Notes: generated by a model from the letters alone, not told the origin. Shown: positions 11,626 to 26,596, counted from the first letter of the stretch. The stretch is DNA of 64,000 bases from Macrostomum lignano (GCA_002269645.1 NIVC01001021.1:310001-374000), one strand, 5' to 3'. Made by a program: numbers and translations.

Positions 11626-14600
11626 CAAATCGGCGCTGGAAAGCTCAAATCGGCGCGGGAAAGCTCAAATCGGCGCGGGAAAGCTCAAATCGGCGCTGGA
11701 AAGCTCAAATCGGCGCTGGAAAGCTCAAATCGGCGCTGGAAAGCTCAAATCGGCGCTGGAAAGCTCAAATCGGCGCGGGAAAGCTCAAATTGGCGCCGGA
11801 AGTCAAATTTGGCGCCAGGATCACCAAATCTACGCCAGGGATCGCCGAATCAGCGCCGGAATGCTGAAATCCGCTCGAGAAAACCTAAACCAGCGCTAGA
11901 GAGCTGAAACCAGCGCTAGAAAGCTCAAATCGGCGCGGGATAGCTAAAATTGGCGCAGGATAGCTCAAATTGGCGCAGGATAGCTCAAATTGGCGCAGGA
12001 TAGCTCAAATTGGCGCAGGATAGCTCAAATTGGCGCAGGATAGCTCAAATTGGCGCCGGTCGGCGCCAGGATCACCGAATCAGCGTCGGAATTCTAAAAT
12101 CAGCGCCAAAAAGCCCGGACCAGCGCTAGAAAGCTCAAATCGGCGCAGGATAGCTAGAATTGGCGCGGGAAGTCAAATTTGGCGCCAGGATCACCAAATC
12201 GGCGCCAGGATCGCTGAATAAGAGCCGGAATGCTGAAAACAGCGCCAAAAAGCCCGGATCCAGCTTTGGAAAGCTGAAATCGGCGCAAGATAGCTAAAAT
12301 TGGCGCGTGAAAGCTCAAATTGGCGCCGAAAGTCAAATTTGGCGCCAGGATCGCCGAATCGGCGCCAGGATCATCAAATCGGCGCCAGGATCGCTGAATC
12401 AGCGCCGGAATGCTGAAATCAGCTCAAGAAAACCTAAACCAGCGCTAGAAAGCTCAAATCGGCGCAAGATAGCTCAAATAGGCGCGGGAAAGCTCAAATT
12501 GGCGCCGGAAGTCAAATTTGGCGCCAGGATCACCAAATCTACGGCAGGGATCGCTGAATCAGCGCCGGAATGCTGAAATCAGCTCAAGAAAACCTAAACC
12601 AGCGCTAGAAAGCTCAAATCGGCGCAAGATAGCTCAAATAGGCGCGGGAAAGCTCAAATTGGCGCCGGAAGTCAAATTTGGCGCCAGGATCACCAAATCT
12701 ACGCCAGGGATCGCCGAATCAGCGCCGGAATGCTGAAATCCGCTCGAGAAAACCTAAACCAGCGCTAGAGAGCTGAAACCAGCGCTAGAAAGCTCAAATC
12801 GGCGCGGGATAGCTCAAATTGGCGCAGGATAGCTCAAATTGGCGCAGGATAGCTCAAATTGGCGCAGGATAGCTCAAATTGGCGCAGGATAGCTCAAATT
12901 GGCGCAGGATAGCTCAAATTGGCGCAGGATAGCTCAAATTGGCGCAGGATAGCTCAAATTGGCGCCGGTCGGCGCCAGGATCACCGAATCAGCGTCGGAA
13001 TTCTAAAATCAGCGCCAAAAAGCCCGGACCAGCGCTAGAAAGCTCAAATCGGCGCAAGATAGCTCAAATTGGCGCGGGAAAGCTCAATTTGGCGCCGAAA
13101 GTCAAATTTGGCGCCAGGATCACTAAATCGGCGCGAGGATCGCCAAATCAGCGTTGGAATGCTGAAATCAGCGCCATAAAGCTTGGACCAGCGCTGGAAA
13201 GCTTAACTTGGTGCGGTAAAGCTCAAATTGGCGCCAAAAGTCAAATTTGGCGCAGGATCGCCGAATCGGCGCCAGGATCATCAAATCGGCGCCAGGATCG
13301 CTGAATCAGCGCTGAAATGCTGAAATCAGCTCAAGAAAACCTAAACCAGCGCTAGAAAGCTCAAATCGGCGCAGGATAGCTCAAATCGGCGCGGGAAAGC
13401 TCAAATTGGCGCCGGAAGTCAAATTTGGCGCTAGGATCACCAAATCGGCGCCAGGATCGCTGAATCAGCGCCGGAATGCTGAAATCAGCTTGAGAAGACC
13501 TTAACTAGCGCTGGAAAGCTCAAATTGGCGCTAAAAAGCCCGGACCAGCGCTGGAAAGCTCAAATCGGCGCGGGAAAGCTCAAATTGGCGCCGGAAGTCA
13601 AATTTGGCGCCAGGATCACCGAATCAGCGTCGGAATTCTAAAATCAGCGCCAAAAAGCCCGGACCAGCGCTAGAAAGCTCAAATCGGCGCAGGATAGCTC
13701 AAATTGGCGCTGGAAGTCAAATTTGGCGCCAGGATCACCAAATCGGCGCCAGGATCGCTGAATAAGAGCCGGAATGCTGAAAACAGCGCCAAAAAGCCCG
13801 GATCCAGCTTTGGAAAGCTGAAATCGGCGCAAGATAGCTAAAATTGGCGCGTGAAAGCTCAAATTGGCGCCGAAAGTCAAATTTGGCGCCAGGATCGCCG
13901 AATCGGCGCCAGGATCATCAAATCGGCGCCAGGATCGCTGAATCAGCGTCGGAATGCTGAAATCAGCTCAAGAAAACCTAAACCAGCGCTAGAAAGCTCA
14001 AATCGGCGCAGGATAGCTCAAATAGGCGCGGGAAAGCTCAAATTGGCGCCGAAAGTCAAATTTGGCGCCAGGATCACCAAATCGGCGCCGGAATGCTAAA
14101 ATCAGCGCCAAAAAGCCCGGACCAGCGCTAGAAAGCTCAAATCGGCGCAGGATAGCTCAAATTGGCGCGGGAAGTCAAATTTGGCGCCAGGATCACCAAA
14201 TCGGCGCCAGGATCGCTGAATAAGAGCCGGAATGCTGAAAACAGCGCCAAAAATCCCGGACCAGCGTTGGAAAGCTCAAATCGGCGCGGGAAAGCTCAAA
14301 TTGGCGCCGGAAGTCAAATTTGGCGCCAGGATCACCAAATCGGCGCCAGGATCGCTGAATAAGAGCCGGAATGCTGAAAACAGCGCCAAAAAGCCCGGAC
14401 CAGCGTTGGAAAGCTCAAATCGGCGCAAGATAGCTAAAATTGGCGCGTGAAAGCTCAAATTGGTGCCGGAAGTCAAATTTGGCGTCAGGATCACCAAATC
14501 GGCGCCAGTATCGCCAAATCAGCGCTAAAAAGCCCGGACCAGCGCTGGAAAGCTCAAATAGGCGCGGGAAAGCTCAAATTGGCGCCGGAAGTCAAATTTG

Positions 14601-14990
14601 GCGCCAGGATCACCAAATCGGCGCCAGAATCGCTGAATCAGCGCCGGAATGCTGAAATCAGCTCAAGCAAACCTAAAACAGTGCTAGAAAGCTCAAATCA
14701 GCGCTAGAAAGCTCAAATCGGCGCAGGATAGCTCAAATCGGCGCGGGAAAGCTCAATTTGGCGCCGAAAGTCAAATTTGGCGCCAGGATCACTAAATCGG
14801 CGCGAGGATCGCCAAATCAGCGTTGGAATGCTGAAATCAGCTCAAGAAAACCTAAACCAGCGCTAGAAAGCTCAAATCGGCGCAGGATAGCGCAAATCGG
14901 CGCGGGAAAGCTCAAATTGGCGCCGGAAGTCAAATTTGGCGCTAGGATCACCAAATCGGCGCCAGGATCCCCAAATTAGCGCTGGAATGT
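11626..14990. repeat. Complex satellite based on a 20-bp unit GGAAAGCTCAAATCGGCGC(G/T), with longer higher-order blocks
   Basis: Directly visible; a few inverted copies of the GGCGCCAA motif follow at ~15036-15095. The overlapping ORFs here are repeat translations. Confidence 0.95.
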
Positions 14991-15729
14991 GCCAACGAGC
15001 GTAGAAGTGGCAGCATATATCAGCTTGCTACTTCTGGGCGCCAAGTTTAATATACCGGCGCCAATTTCAGCCTTTGGGCGCCAATTTTAGCGCCCTGGCA
15101 AGGTCAATGCATTTAGTTCTCACTCAATGGAGCCGAAAAAAAAGTTTTTTTTCGATTTTGAATTAGTGCCATGTATCTTGACAACCAATGCGAGTCAAGT
15201 TCTGGCGTCTGCTTCTCCACAGCCCCGCAATGGCATATCCTAACCATTGTGGGCTGGCCCGCGCTAAGGGAGCCCACCCCACCGTGGGGCGGACCCCGCT
15301 AACGGGCTATTTTTAGCGTGGGATGGGCTCCGCTAACGGGCGGCCATAAACTGCGGACGGAGCCCGGTTGTAAATGTCGCTTAAAGTGCACCAGAATCCA
15401 CCCCTCTGCCTTTAACGAATCTAACAAACACGCCCGAACTCTTATCAGACCAGTGTTGCGTGGGGCTAAGCGAACTCTAGCTTTGGCAAAGCGCTTTATT
15501 TTCCATATAATGAAATCTAAGAGTTCTTACAAGGCGCGATTTGATAAGTGTTATCGTGTGGTGTGTTTGTGAAATGGGCTTGTTGAGAACTTCCAATGAC
15601 ACTGAACTGAAGGGCATTCCGTTGTAATGCAAATACATGTTAAAGTCATTCAAGTTTTAGGTAGAGAACAAGAAGAGAGAGGACGAAGGAAGATGGGAAT
15701 TAGAGGGGAATAGATGCAGGCGAGAGTGG

Positions 15730-15767
<38 letters not shown>

Positions 15768-16323
15768 TGGGAAGAGATGGTGAGAGAGTTAGAAATGATG
15801 CAGTGAAAAGAAGGCTTTGAAAAAAGATACAATACAATAAAAGCCAATTTTATCACATTGATTGATTTTTAATAAATGCTCGGGCTCGCATTCGAAATTA
15901 CAATTCGTATACAAAGCATTGTTATGCACTCGAGCAAGTGCAAATCTTAATCCTGGAAAATTCCTCCACCAGTTTTGGGAAGTGTCTGAATATTTGCGTC
16001 TCGTCTCGTCTAGTCACTGTCCTCTATTATGCACTTTAACCTACTTTTTCAATCGGCAATTGGCTATGCAATCTTTGATACTTCAGTCAGTTGAAAATTG
16101 TAACTGCGTTCAGAGTTTCGTCTTGTTCGTTCTCTGCCCCACCAAGTAGAAATATTTCTGTATTATGTGTTCGTTACATTTTCAGCCACCTTCCAATCCA
16201 AAAACTATGGCTTTTTGATACCCTTGTGTGTCCTCTAAGGATGGAGCGAGTTGTTCCGAGGAAGGGACAGGGAGTAGAGGGGAGCGGAGAGAACTGTCTC
16301 GCACTTGCACGCAGCTGTCGCAG

Positions 16324-16477
16324 CCAATGGCGGCACGATCGCGTGATAATGTATAGAGAGGGCAGACAGAGAAAAGTTACATGAAAGGTCTTCAAGCAGT
16401 ACGCTGTACACTTGCACCCTGTGTCTGGCCCTTCCCCCCACACTCGCAAATAGACGCGGTGGATGATTCTGACCAAT
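16324..16477 (+). promoter_or_regulatory. Two CCAAT boxes upstream of the nuclear receptor gene
   Basis: AGCCAATGG (CCAAT 16324-16328) and GACCAATCA (16473-16477), 350-500 bp before the ATG. Motif match only. Confidence 0.3.
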
Positions 16478-16823
16478 CAAGTTGGGCATGGCTGGGTACA
16501 AAAGTACCCGGGGACATAGGGGGTGTGCGTTTGCGCCGCTCTGCAATAAAGAGAAGGGCAGAAATTTTTTTCCACCGGCCTAGAAAGGAGAAGCGTGAGT
16601 GTCAGCGACGAACCCTACCACTAGTCAGTTTCTGTATAAATTGGGGTTAGCCGTGGCAGAAAAGCTTTTCAAGGTCCAGAACCAACTTGCAGTGCGCAAA
16701 TAATCAAAGGTCAGCTCTGAGTTACCAAGCGTGCTACCGCGAAACCCTATTGTGAAATTCCTCAATTTAGAAAGGCGATTTTCGTCATCTTTGCAGCTGT
16801 AATCAACAACTCCAAAGCAACTA

Positions 16824-17302
16824 ATGGCTATGCTGCCAGACAGGCGGCCAATGCACATCACTAAATCTGGCGTTGTTCATCGCAAAAAATGTCGCCACCC
16901 GAAAACGCCGGCGGATCTAATGCGACGCTATTGCCTAGTGTGCGGCTGCAAGGCTGAGAATTATAACTTTGGCGTTATCAGCTGCGAGTCTTGCAAAGCG
17001 TTCTTTCGTCGTAACGCGCACAAGCAGACACTTGGCGAGGCTGGATTCGCCTGCAGTTTTCGGCGAGGCGGCTGCGAGGTCAGTCTGGCTACGAGGAAGA
17101 AGTGCCCCGGCTGCCGGCTGGCCAAGTGCTTCGCCGTTGGCATGCAGGCCGACCTCATCCAGAAGGCGGATCAGGTGTACCAACCGGCGGCTAAATCGCA
17201 GTCGTCTTCAGCCTCAGTACCGCTGCCGACGATGATGTCTGTGGGCTCGTCTTCGTCGTCTGTTTCATCATTCGCCTCGGCGATTCGCAGGTCGACGCCG
17301 CT

Positions 17303-17346
<44 letters not shown>

Positions 17347-18884
17347 TGCAGCCGGCCCGTCTACCTGACGCAGCCAGAGACTCGGACCAAAGCGAGCACC
17401 TGCTTCGACTCTGGCATCGCCTGCAGTCGCCTGAACCGAAACTGCCGCCGTCTTCATTCACTGAGCCGAATTGTAACGAAGCTTCTGGCGCGGAGGATCA
17501 TCGCTACGCCAATGTACTTTTAGTTGACTTCTTTGTCGAACTGAGAAAACTGGTTGCGGATACGATGCTGTGCGATATTCAAGCGGCTAATGACACTGGC
17601 GTAGCCATGCTAGAAGCCTTCGTCCATCAGGTTGCCAGGTTTATAGCGGGTCTGCGTCAGGTAGACCAGCTGGAGAAACCGCACTTTCTGGCTCTGCTCA
17701 GGTGCCGCCTGCATTCTGTGCTGTTCCCGCTGTCCTGCGCTGGCTACTGCCAGGATGATAGGCAGTTCTACTTCACCGTCCGGGGCAGTAAGATCAGCTG
17801 TCACCCCATTCAGCTCTTTATCGATCTGGTTAGTAGTTTCTGTGAGCAACATTGGTCCTTAACTATCGCCTGTTAGCTACCCTACCTATAGAACTAGTGA
17901 CCCTATTTGCTACTTTATGCTATAGAATCGCCCTATTAGCTACCCTATACTATAGAATCTAGCTATTAGCTATTTGCTAGAATTACTCCATTATCTTCCC
18001 ATATATAACCCCTCTTTTATCTAGCTACCCTATAGAATCGGCCCATTAGCTACCCTATAGAATCGGCCCATTAGCTACCCTATAGAATCGCCCCATTATC
18101 TACCCTATAGAATCGCCCCATTAGCTACCCTATAGAATCGGCCCATTAGCTACCCTATAGAATCGCCCCAATAGCTACCCTATAGAATCGGCCCATTAGC
18201 TACCCTATAGAATCGGCCCATTAGCTACCCTATAGAATCGCCCCATTATCTACCCTATAGAATCGCCCCATTAGCTACCCTATAGAATCGGCCCATTAGC
18301 TACCCTATAGAATCGCCCCAATAGCTACCCTATAGAATCGCCCCAATAGCTACCCTATAGAACCGGCCCATTAGCTACCCTATAGAATCGCCCCATTAGC
18401 TACCCTATAGAACCGGCCCATTAGCTACCCTATAGAATCGGCCCCTAAGCCTGCAATCGTTAATATCTATCCCTCACCCGATAAAACGCAGGTGCGCAGC
18501 ACCAGCAGCCACCTGGTTGACTACACGCCTCTGGTCGAATGCGACACCTACGTCAGGCTGCTGCAAGAGGTCACGGACATGCGGCCGGAACTCATCGCAT
18601 TGTTCTGCGCTGCCAAGCTGCTGTACCTGCCGCTTCGGGACTGCGACATCACCGATAGCCGAATGATTGACGCCTGCAATCGTTTAGGCCTGCGCTACCA
18701 TCAGCACCTGGTGGATTCGCTCTATTATCATTATCCGTTCGAGTTTGACCAGAAACTGGAGGCCTGCTGCCGCCTGTTCAAATGGTCGCTGGGCTTTGAT
18801 CGCACACTGCACAGTTTCATTCAGTACTGCCCGCTGACTGCCGGGTCCGCCCCAGCGAGAGATACTCCGGTGTCTTCTAAGTAG
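16824..18884 (+). CDS. HR96: Nuclear hormone receptor, NR1J/HR96 (DAF-12/NHR-8-like) group, 2 exons, ~465 aa
   Basis: Two C4 zinc fingers with YNFGVISCESCKAFFRRNA (ESCKA P-box of NR1J) and CPGCRLAKCFAVGM; 14-Pro hinge; divergent LBD. Exons 16824-17828 (donor gttagt) and 18492-18884 (acceptor aacgcag), phase 0 to 0. Confidence 0.85.
17304..17345 (+). repeat. Coding (CCG)14 trinucleotide repeat (poly-Pro)
   Basis: Perfect CCG run in the receptor hinge. Confidence 0.95.
17920..18450. repeat. Intronic minisatellite, 25-bp unit TAGCTACCCTATAGAATCG(G/C)CCCAT
   Basis: About 17 good copies from ~18022 plus degenerate upstream copies; fills the receptor intron. Confidence 0.95.
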
Positions 18885-19667
18885 AATAGCGGAGCTTACG
18901 AATCTTGGAGGATTTTGAAGTTTAGCAGATTTCCAAGGATTTGACATTCAATTTAGAGTCACCATATAGTTTTATTTAGGACCAGTTTTTCTTTAAGTTT
19001 CTATCATGTAACACGAATTTACATTATTTGAATTGGTTTGCTTTACTGATGCTTTATCGATTTCATTGTCTGTTACCTTTTATTTTAGTAAATCTGAGCA
19101 CTTTCTAAATATTAACTTATTGTCTCTTAGCTGTGTTTAATTCATCAGTCAGTCTAAATGTAATAATTAATTTTATTGCAATGCCCCCATACTTTGTTTC
19201 TGTTGTAGGAGTTTTTGCACAATTAGCTCGTATTTCAACAGAATTGCACATGCATACTGAACCGTATTATCGATTTCTTTCTTAATCTTTGTGAAACTTT
19301 TGTAAATCTATTCATACTCAAATTTTTGGTGTTTTATTAGATTTTATTGCTTTGTACTGTCTGTTTTTTTCCTGAAAATTTCAAATATCGGAGGCACTGT
19401 TTGTTGTAAACTATAAACTATTTTCGAGATATTTTGATTCATAAAAAATATTTGTTTTTTGAAACTGTTGAATATTTTTCATTGTGTTTTCTGCATTCTC
19501 CTGGTTATAAACTGTATTTGTTGTTTGCTGACGTATACAATGTACAAGTCGTTCCTTGCCTATATAATAGACGCCGTTATCAAACTTGATCAGTAGGGGT
19601 TTCTGATGAATAATTTAAATTGTTTAAGTTCTTCACTCAAAGTTTATGATGTTTATAAAACGTATTC

Positions 19668-21243
19668 AAGGGCTGAGGGAGAGCGGAGAGGCAGATTCTC
19701 AGGGACTGAGGGAGGCGGAGAGGCAGATTCTCAGGGACTGAGGGGAGAGCGAGGAGGCAGATTCTCAGGGACTGAGGGGGGGGGCGAGGAGGCAGATTCT
19801 CAGGGACTGAGGGGGATCGAGGAGGCAGATTCTCAGGGACTGAGGGAGAGCGGAGAGGCAGATTCTCAGGGACTGAGGGGGGGCGAGGAGGCAGATTCTC
19901 AGGGACTGAGGGGGGGGGCGGAGAGGCAGATTCTCTGGGACTGAGGGAGAGCGGAGAGGCAGATTCCCAGGGACTGGGGGGGGGGGCGGAGATGCAGATT
20001 CTCAGAGACTGGGGGGGGGGGCGGAGAGGCAGATTCGCATGGACTGAGGGAAGGAGGGCGGAGAGGCAGATTCTCATGGACTGAGGGAGGGCGGAGAGGC
20101 AGATTCTCAGGGACTGAGGGAGAGCGGAGAGGCAGATTCTCAGGGACTGAGGGGAGAGCGAGGAGGCAGATTCTCAGGGACTGAGGGGAGAGCGAGGAGG
20201 CAGATTCTCAGGGACTGGGGGGAGAGCGAGGAGGCAGATTCTCAGGGACTGGGGGGAGAGCGAGGAGGCAGATTCTCAGGGACTGGAGGGAGAGCGAGGA
20301 GGCAGATTCTCAGGGACTGAGGGGAGAGCGAGGAGGCAGATTCTCAGGGACTGGGGGGAGAGCGAGGAGGCAGATTCTCAGGGACTGGGGGGAAAGCGAG
20401 GAGGCAGATTCTCAGGGACTGGAGGAAGAGCGAGGAGGCAGATTCTCAGGGACTGGAGGGAGAGCGAGGAGGCAGATTCTCAGGGACTGGGGGGAGGCGG
20501 AGAGGCAGATTCTCAGGGACTGAGGGAGGGGGAGAGGCAGATTCTCACGGACTGAGGGAGGGGGGAGAGGCAGATTCTCAGGGACTGGAGGGAGAGCGAG
20601 GAGGCAGATTCTCAGGGACTGGAGGGAGAGCGAGGAGGCAGATTCTCAGGGACTGAGGGAGGGGGAGAGGCAGATTCTCACGGACTGAGGGAGGGGGGAG
20701 AGGCAGATTCTCAGGGACTGAGCGAGGGGGGAGAGGCAGATTCTCAGGGACTGAGGGGGGAGGTGGGAGAGGCAGATTCTCAGGGACTGAGGGAGGGAGA
20801 GAGGCAGATTCTCACGGACTGAGGGAGAGGGGAGAGGCAGATTCTCAGGGACTGAGGGAGGGGGAGAGGCAGATTCTCAGGGACTGAGGGAGGGGGGAGA
20901 GGCAGATTCTCACGGACTGAGGGAGGGGGGAGAGGCAGATTCTCACGGACTGAGGGAGGGGGGAGAGGCAGATTCTCACGGACTGAGGGAGAGGGGAGAG
21001 GCAGATTCTCACGGACTGAGGGAGGGGGGAGAGGCAGATTCTCACGGACTGAGGGAGAGGGGAGAGGCAGATTCTCAGGGACTGAGGGGGGAGCGAGGAG
21101 GCAGATTCTCAGGGACTGAGGGGGGAGCGAGGAGGCAGATTCCCAGGGACTGCGGGGGGAGCGAGGAGGCAGATTCTCAGGGACTGAGGGGGGAGCGAGG
21201 AGGCAGATTCTCACGAACTGAGGGAGCGGAGCGATTCTCGCGG
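19668..21243. repeat. G-rich minisatellite, ~33-36-bp unit GAGGCAGATTCTCAGGGACTGAGGGGAGAGCG
   Basis: Directly visible; variable G tracts. Confidence 0.95.
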
Positions 21244-21601
21244 ACTGAGTGCAGAAAGGCAGCTGCTATAAATTGCCAGTAAAACTGATTATACACATGT
21301 AATAGTAAATTCACATTGCTTCTATATTTTTCTGTGCTTGTCAGTTTTAACCTAAATAAAGAGCACTCGCTTTTTAGAATTTGTTTCATAATGTGCTGCT
21401 TCAGTGTCTTTTGATGATTTTTTTCTTGCATAAACATTGTTAAGGTTTAGTGCCTCATCTCCGGTATTAAGGCAACTTAGAGTACATTATGCTGTCTCAA
21501 ATCGATCGAGCTGACAATTAATTTTCTAACAATAGTTTTAGGCGTGCTTGCTCAAAATTAATCAACTTAAAAGCTGCGGCAGTAATTAGAGAAATTAAAT
21601 G

Positions 21602-21735
21602 AATTATCTATCTCTATCCGTCTGTCTATCTCTGTCTGTCTATCTCTATCTGTCTGTCTATCTCTATCTATCTATCTACCTATCTATCTATCTATCTATC
21701 TACCTATTATCTACCTCTACCTCTATCATCTATCT
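21602..21735. repeat. Imperfect (TCTA)n microsatellite
   Basis: Directly visible. Confidence 0.9.
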
Positions 21736-21833
21736 ATTCATAAGCAGCTGCCCAACCTGGCCAATTGCAGCCCGACAGACCAGCTGACTCGGTGACAGCT
21801 TGCTAGCAGTCAGGCGGTGCCGCATAATTCCGC

Positions 21834-23820
<1,987 letters not shown>

Positions 23821-23848
23821 CTAGAAATGCTCAATTTTCTTGTCATAG

Positions 23849-24836
23849 TGGCTTATTGAGTTGGAGATTCCGATAATAATCCCCTCAGTTGCTTATTGAG
23901 TTGGAGATTCCGATAATAATCCCCTCAGTTGCTTATTGAGTTGGAGATTCCGATAATAATCCCCTCAGTGGCTTATTGAGTTGGAGATTCCGATAATAAT
24001 CCCCTCAGTGGCTTATTGAGTGTGAGATCCTGATACTAATCCCCTCAGTGGCTTATTGAGTGTGAGATCCCGATACTAATCCCCTCAGTGGCTTATTGAG
24101 TTGGAGATCCCGATAATAATCCCCTCAGTGGCTTATTGAGTGTGAGATCCTGATACTAATCCCCTCAGTGGCTTATTGAGTGTGAGATCCCGATAATAAT
24201 CCCCTCAGTGGCTTATTGAGTGTGAGATCCCGATAATAATCTCCTCAGTGGCTTATTGAGTGTGAGATCCCGATAATAATCCCCTCAGTGGCTTATTGAG
24301 TGTGAGATCCCGATAATAATCCCCTCAGTGGCTTATTGAGTGTGAGATCCTGATACTAGTCCCCTCAGTGGCTTATTGAGTGTGAGATCCTGATAATAAT
24401 CCCTCAGTTGCTTATTGAGTTGGAGATCCCGATAATAATCCCCTCAGTGGCTTATTGAGTGTGAGATCCCGATAATAATCCCCTCAGTGGCTTATTGAGT
24501 GTGAGATCCCGATAATATCCCCTCAGTGGCTTATTGAGTGTGAGATCCTGATACTAATCCCCTCAGTGGCTTATTGAGTGTGAGATCCCGATAATAATCC
24601 CCTCAGTGGCTTATTGAGTTGGAGATCCCGATAATAATCCCCTCAGTGGCTTATTGAGTGTGAGATCACAGAAACCCTTCAGTGGCTTATTGAGTGTGAG
24701 ATCACAGAAACCCTTCAGTGGCTTATTGAGTGTGAGATCACAGAAACCCTTCAGTGGCTTATTGAGTTGGAGATCATAGAAACCCCTCAGTGGCTTATTG
24801 AGTTGGAGATCACAGAAACCCCTCAGTGGTTTATTG
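23849..24836. repeat. 40-bp minisatellite immediately 3' of the NAT9 stop
   Basis: Unit GGCTTATTGAGTGTGAGATCCCGATAATAATCCCCTCAGT; switches to a shorter GAGATCACAGAAACCC variant in the last copies. Confidence 0.95.
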
Positions 24837-26084
24837 CGCCAGTTGGGTTGCTTGTGCGGCAATTTTTTGTCGCACAAGTTTAGCAGCCTAAGCACCAATA
24901 AATTTATTAATTTTTTTTCTGAGCAGACTTTGAGCAGTCCTGGGGAATCTATATCAAACACCTGCTCCATATCTGTTAAAGCTGGTTAATAATCATTTAT
25001 CCGGGTTTGAAATGCTCCGTGCGCACGCCTCTCGCGCGTGCAACTGCCAGTGCCTGCTTTTGTTGCACTTTTTGTGGCTGCATTGTAGAAGCCCCCACGC
25101 ATTCTGTAGGCGTTTAATACCCTCTCTTTCCCATGCTTTAATGGTTGCAGTTGCATAGTTTAACAGTTTGCACTGCTATTAATGATCTTTTTTATCATTT
25201 TGACATTTGAAGCCTTAAAATAGAGCTTTTCCGGGGCAAATTAAGGATAGCAGTGTTTTATGGAGAATACTAGTCGAAGTTTTAAGAGTTTTAAGCGAAA
25301 CACAAATATCTATGTCATGCTATCCCAGTCTAGGGACATCCCATATCAACAAAATTTCCATATTGGGCCATGGACTACTTACAATTATATAAATACCAGT
25401 TGGAAATAAACTAATCAATTTACCAGTATTGTATTGCGTCAGAATTTTGTTTGAATGTTTCTTTATTTCTCGTTTAACTTGACCTCAGCTGTCTCTATGG
25501 GTAAGTAAAAGGCAGGCAGGAATAAAGGAGGTGACTCGTGTGCAGTGCGCAAACAGGCTTTGAAAGGGAAAGACAGTGCGAGAGACATATGAGGTCATAA
25601 AAGAGCATAAAGGTTATGGAAGGTCGTGAAGAAAGCGGAGGGAAAGAGGGTGTGGCGGGCGAGAGGGAAAGGGAGGAAGATTGGCAGAGGGAGCGGGAGG
25701 GAGAAAGAGAAAAATGTGAGAGGGAGAGAGTAAGAGAGGCTAAAGGAAATGGGGGGAGAGTAGAATGCGAAGGGCAGAGAGAGGAGGAGAGACAGATAAA
25801 ATGGGAGAGAGGAAGAGTGGCAGAGGTAGTGGGAGAGAGAGGGAGCTATCGAGAGAAGATGAAGGAGGTAGCGGCTCCAACAACCAACAGGGTCACCCGG
25901 TACCCAAATGAGGGTCCACAGTTTAGGGATGTGATGGGCTGCTTTATCAAATGTCTAATTATCCACTGTTTTTCCTAGTTTCTTTTCGGTATTAACTTAG
26001 CTAGCGAAATTTTATCTTAATATTGTCTGGTGCACTGTTTTGTCTCTATGCTTATCGGCGCACTCTAGTGCTCAGGGTCTCTGG

Positions 26085-26102
26085 TTAGGGTTAGGGTTAG
26101 GG
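26085..26102 (+). repeat. Interstitial (TTAGGG)3
   Basis: ttagggttagggttaggg flanked by AGGGTCTC on both sides. Confidence 0.7.
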
Positions 26103-26407
26103 TCTCTCCGGTTAGAGCATTCAGGGGAGAGAAGGAACGGAATTTCCCTTCCCTATACGCTCTGCACTAAGATGTCGGATCCAGTTCGTTGCTTTGGGGT
26201 GTGTTGAGTGAGTGAGTGAGTCTGGGTGAACTTGGATTCATTAAACTCAACACGTCACTGCTCCTACTAGGGTTTGCACTTTTGCCCTCACATCGGCCAG
26301 GGACTTCTAATCCAGAAAACCAGTTAAACTAGTAACTTGAATTGGAAGCTAAGCTAAGCCATCCGTTTCTGATTGCTGATTTGTGAATAGAAAATTTTAA
26401 ACAATCT

Positions 26408-26596
26408 GGGATGGGGGTCGCCACACAGCCTCAATTACCCCAGCTAATGCTGGCACCCATTTTACAGCTGGGTGAACTGAAGCAATGCAGAGTTAAATGC
26501 TTTGCTCAAGGACACAAATTGTTCCGATTGGGTCGAGAATCGAACCCCCGACCTTCGAGTCGTGAGTCCGACGCTCCAACCACAGGCTAACCCCTC
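26408..26596 (-). mobile_element. tRNA-derived SINE with CORE-like domain
   Basis: Minus strand: A-box-like TAGCCTGTGGTTGG, B-box GGTTCGATTC, then TGTGTCCTTGAGCAAAGCATTTAAC..CAGTTCACCCAGCTGTAAAATGGG, resembling the CORE (MIR-type) consensus. Confidence 0.8.

Larger units (their letters stand above)
3697..15346. mobile_element. Candidate large non-autonomous DNA transposon bounded by 98-bp inverted repeats (3697-3794 / 15249-15346) with TAA on both outer flanks
   Basis: Ungapped alignment of 3697-3794 to the reverse complement of 15249-15346 gives 87/98 identities. TAA at 3694-3696 and 15347-15349 is a possible 3-bp TSD of the PIF/Harbinger (TWA) type. No transposase ORF is visible inside. 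Confidence 0.5.

Noticed and set aside
12030-14979. Many overlapping ORFs (KAQIGA/ESSNRR-type repeats)
   Set aside because: Translations of the 20-bp satellite in several frames; no domain; stops are scattered.
16935-17852. Antisense and alternative-frame ORFs, including poly-Ala/poly-Gly
   Set aside because: Shadows of the GC-rich receptor CDS and its CCG repeat. Similar shadow ORFs overlap the AK, MOGAT, SC5D, Kelch, GPCR and GT31 genes.
19606-21214. Pro/Ser- or Gly/Glu-rich ORFs
   Set aside because: Minisatellite translations. The same applies to ORFs at 22631-23249, 24611-24970, 28361-29107, 36617-37644, 51629-51958 and 62573-63170.
21740-21833. Search for a sloth1/SMIM4 ORF upstream of BRAWNIN
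   Set aside because: No ATG or SMIM4-like peptide in the immediate upstream unique sequence.
25616-25978. Glu/Arg-rich 120-aa ORF
   Set aside because: Low-complexity GA-rich tract.
26520-26596. Possible tRNA gene
   Set aside because: No good acceptor stem and it runs into a CORE-like domain, so it is a SINE head.
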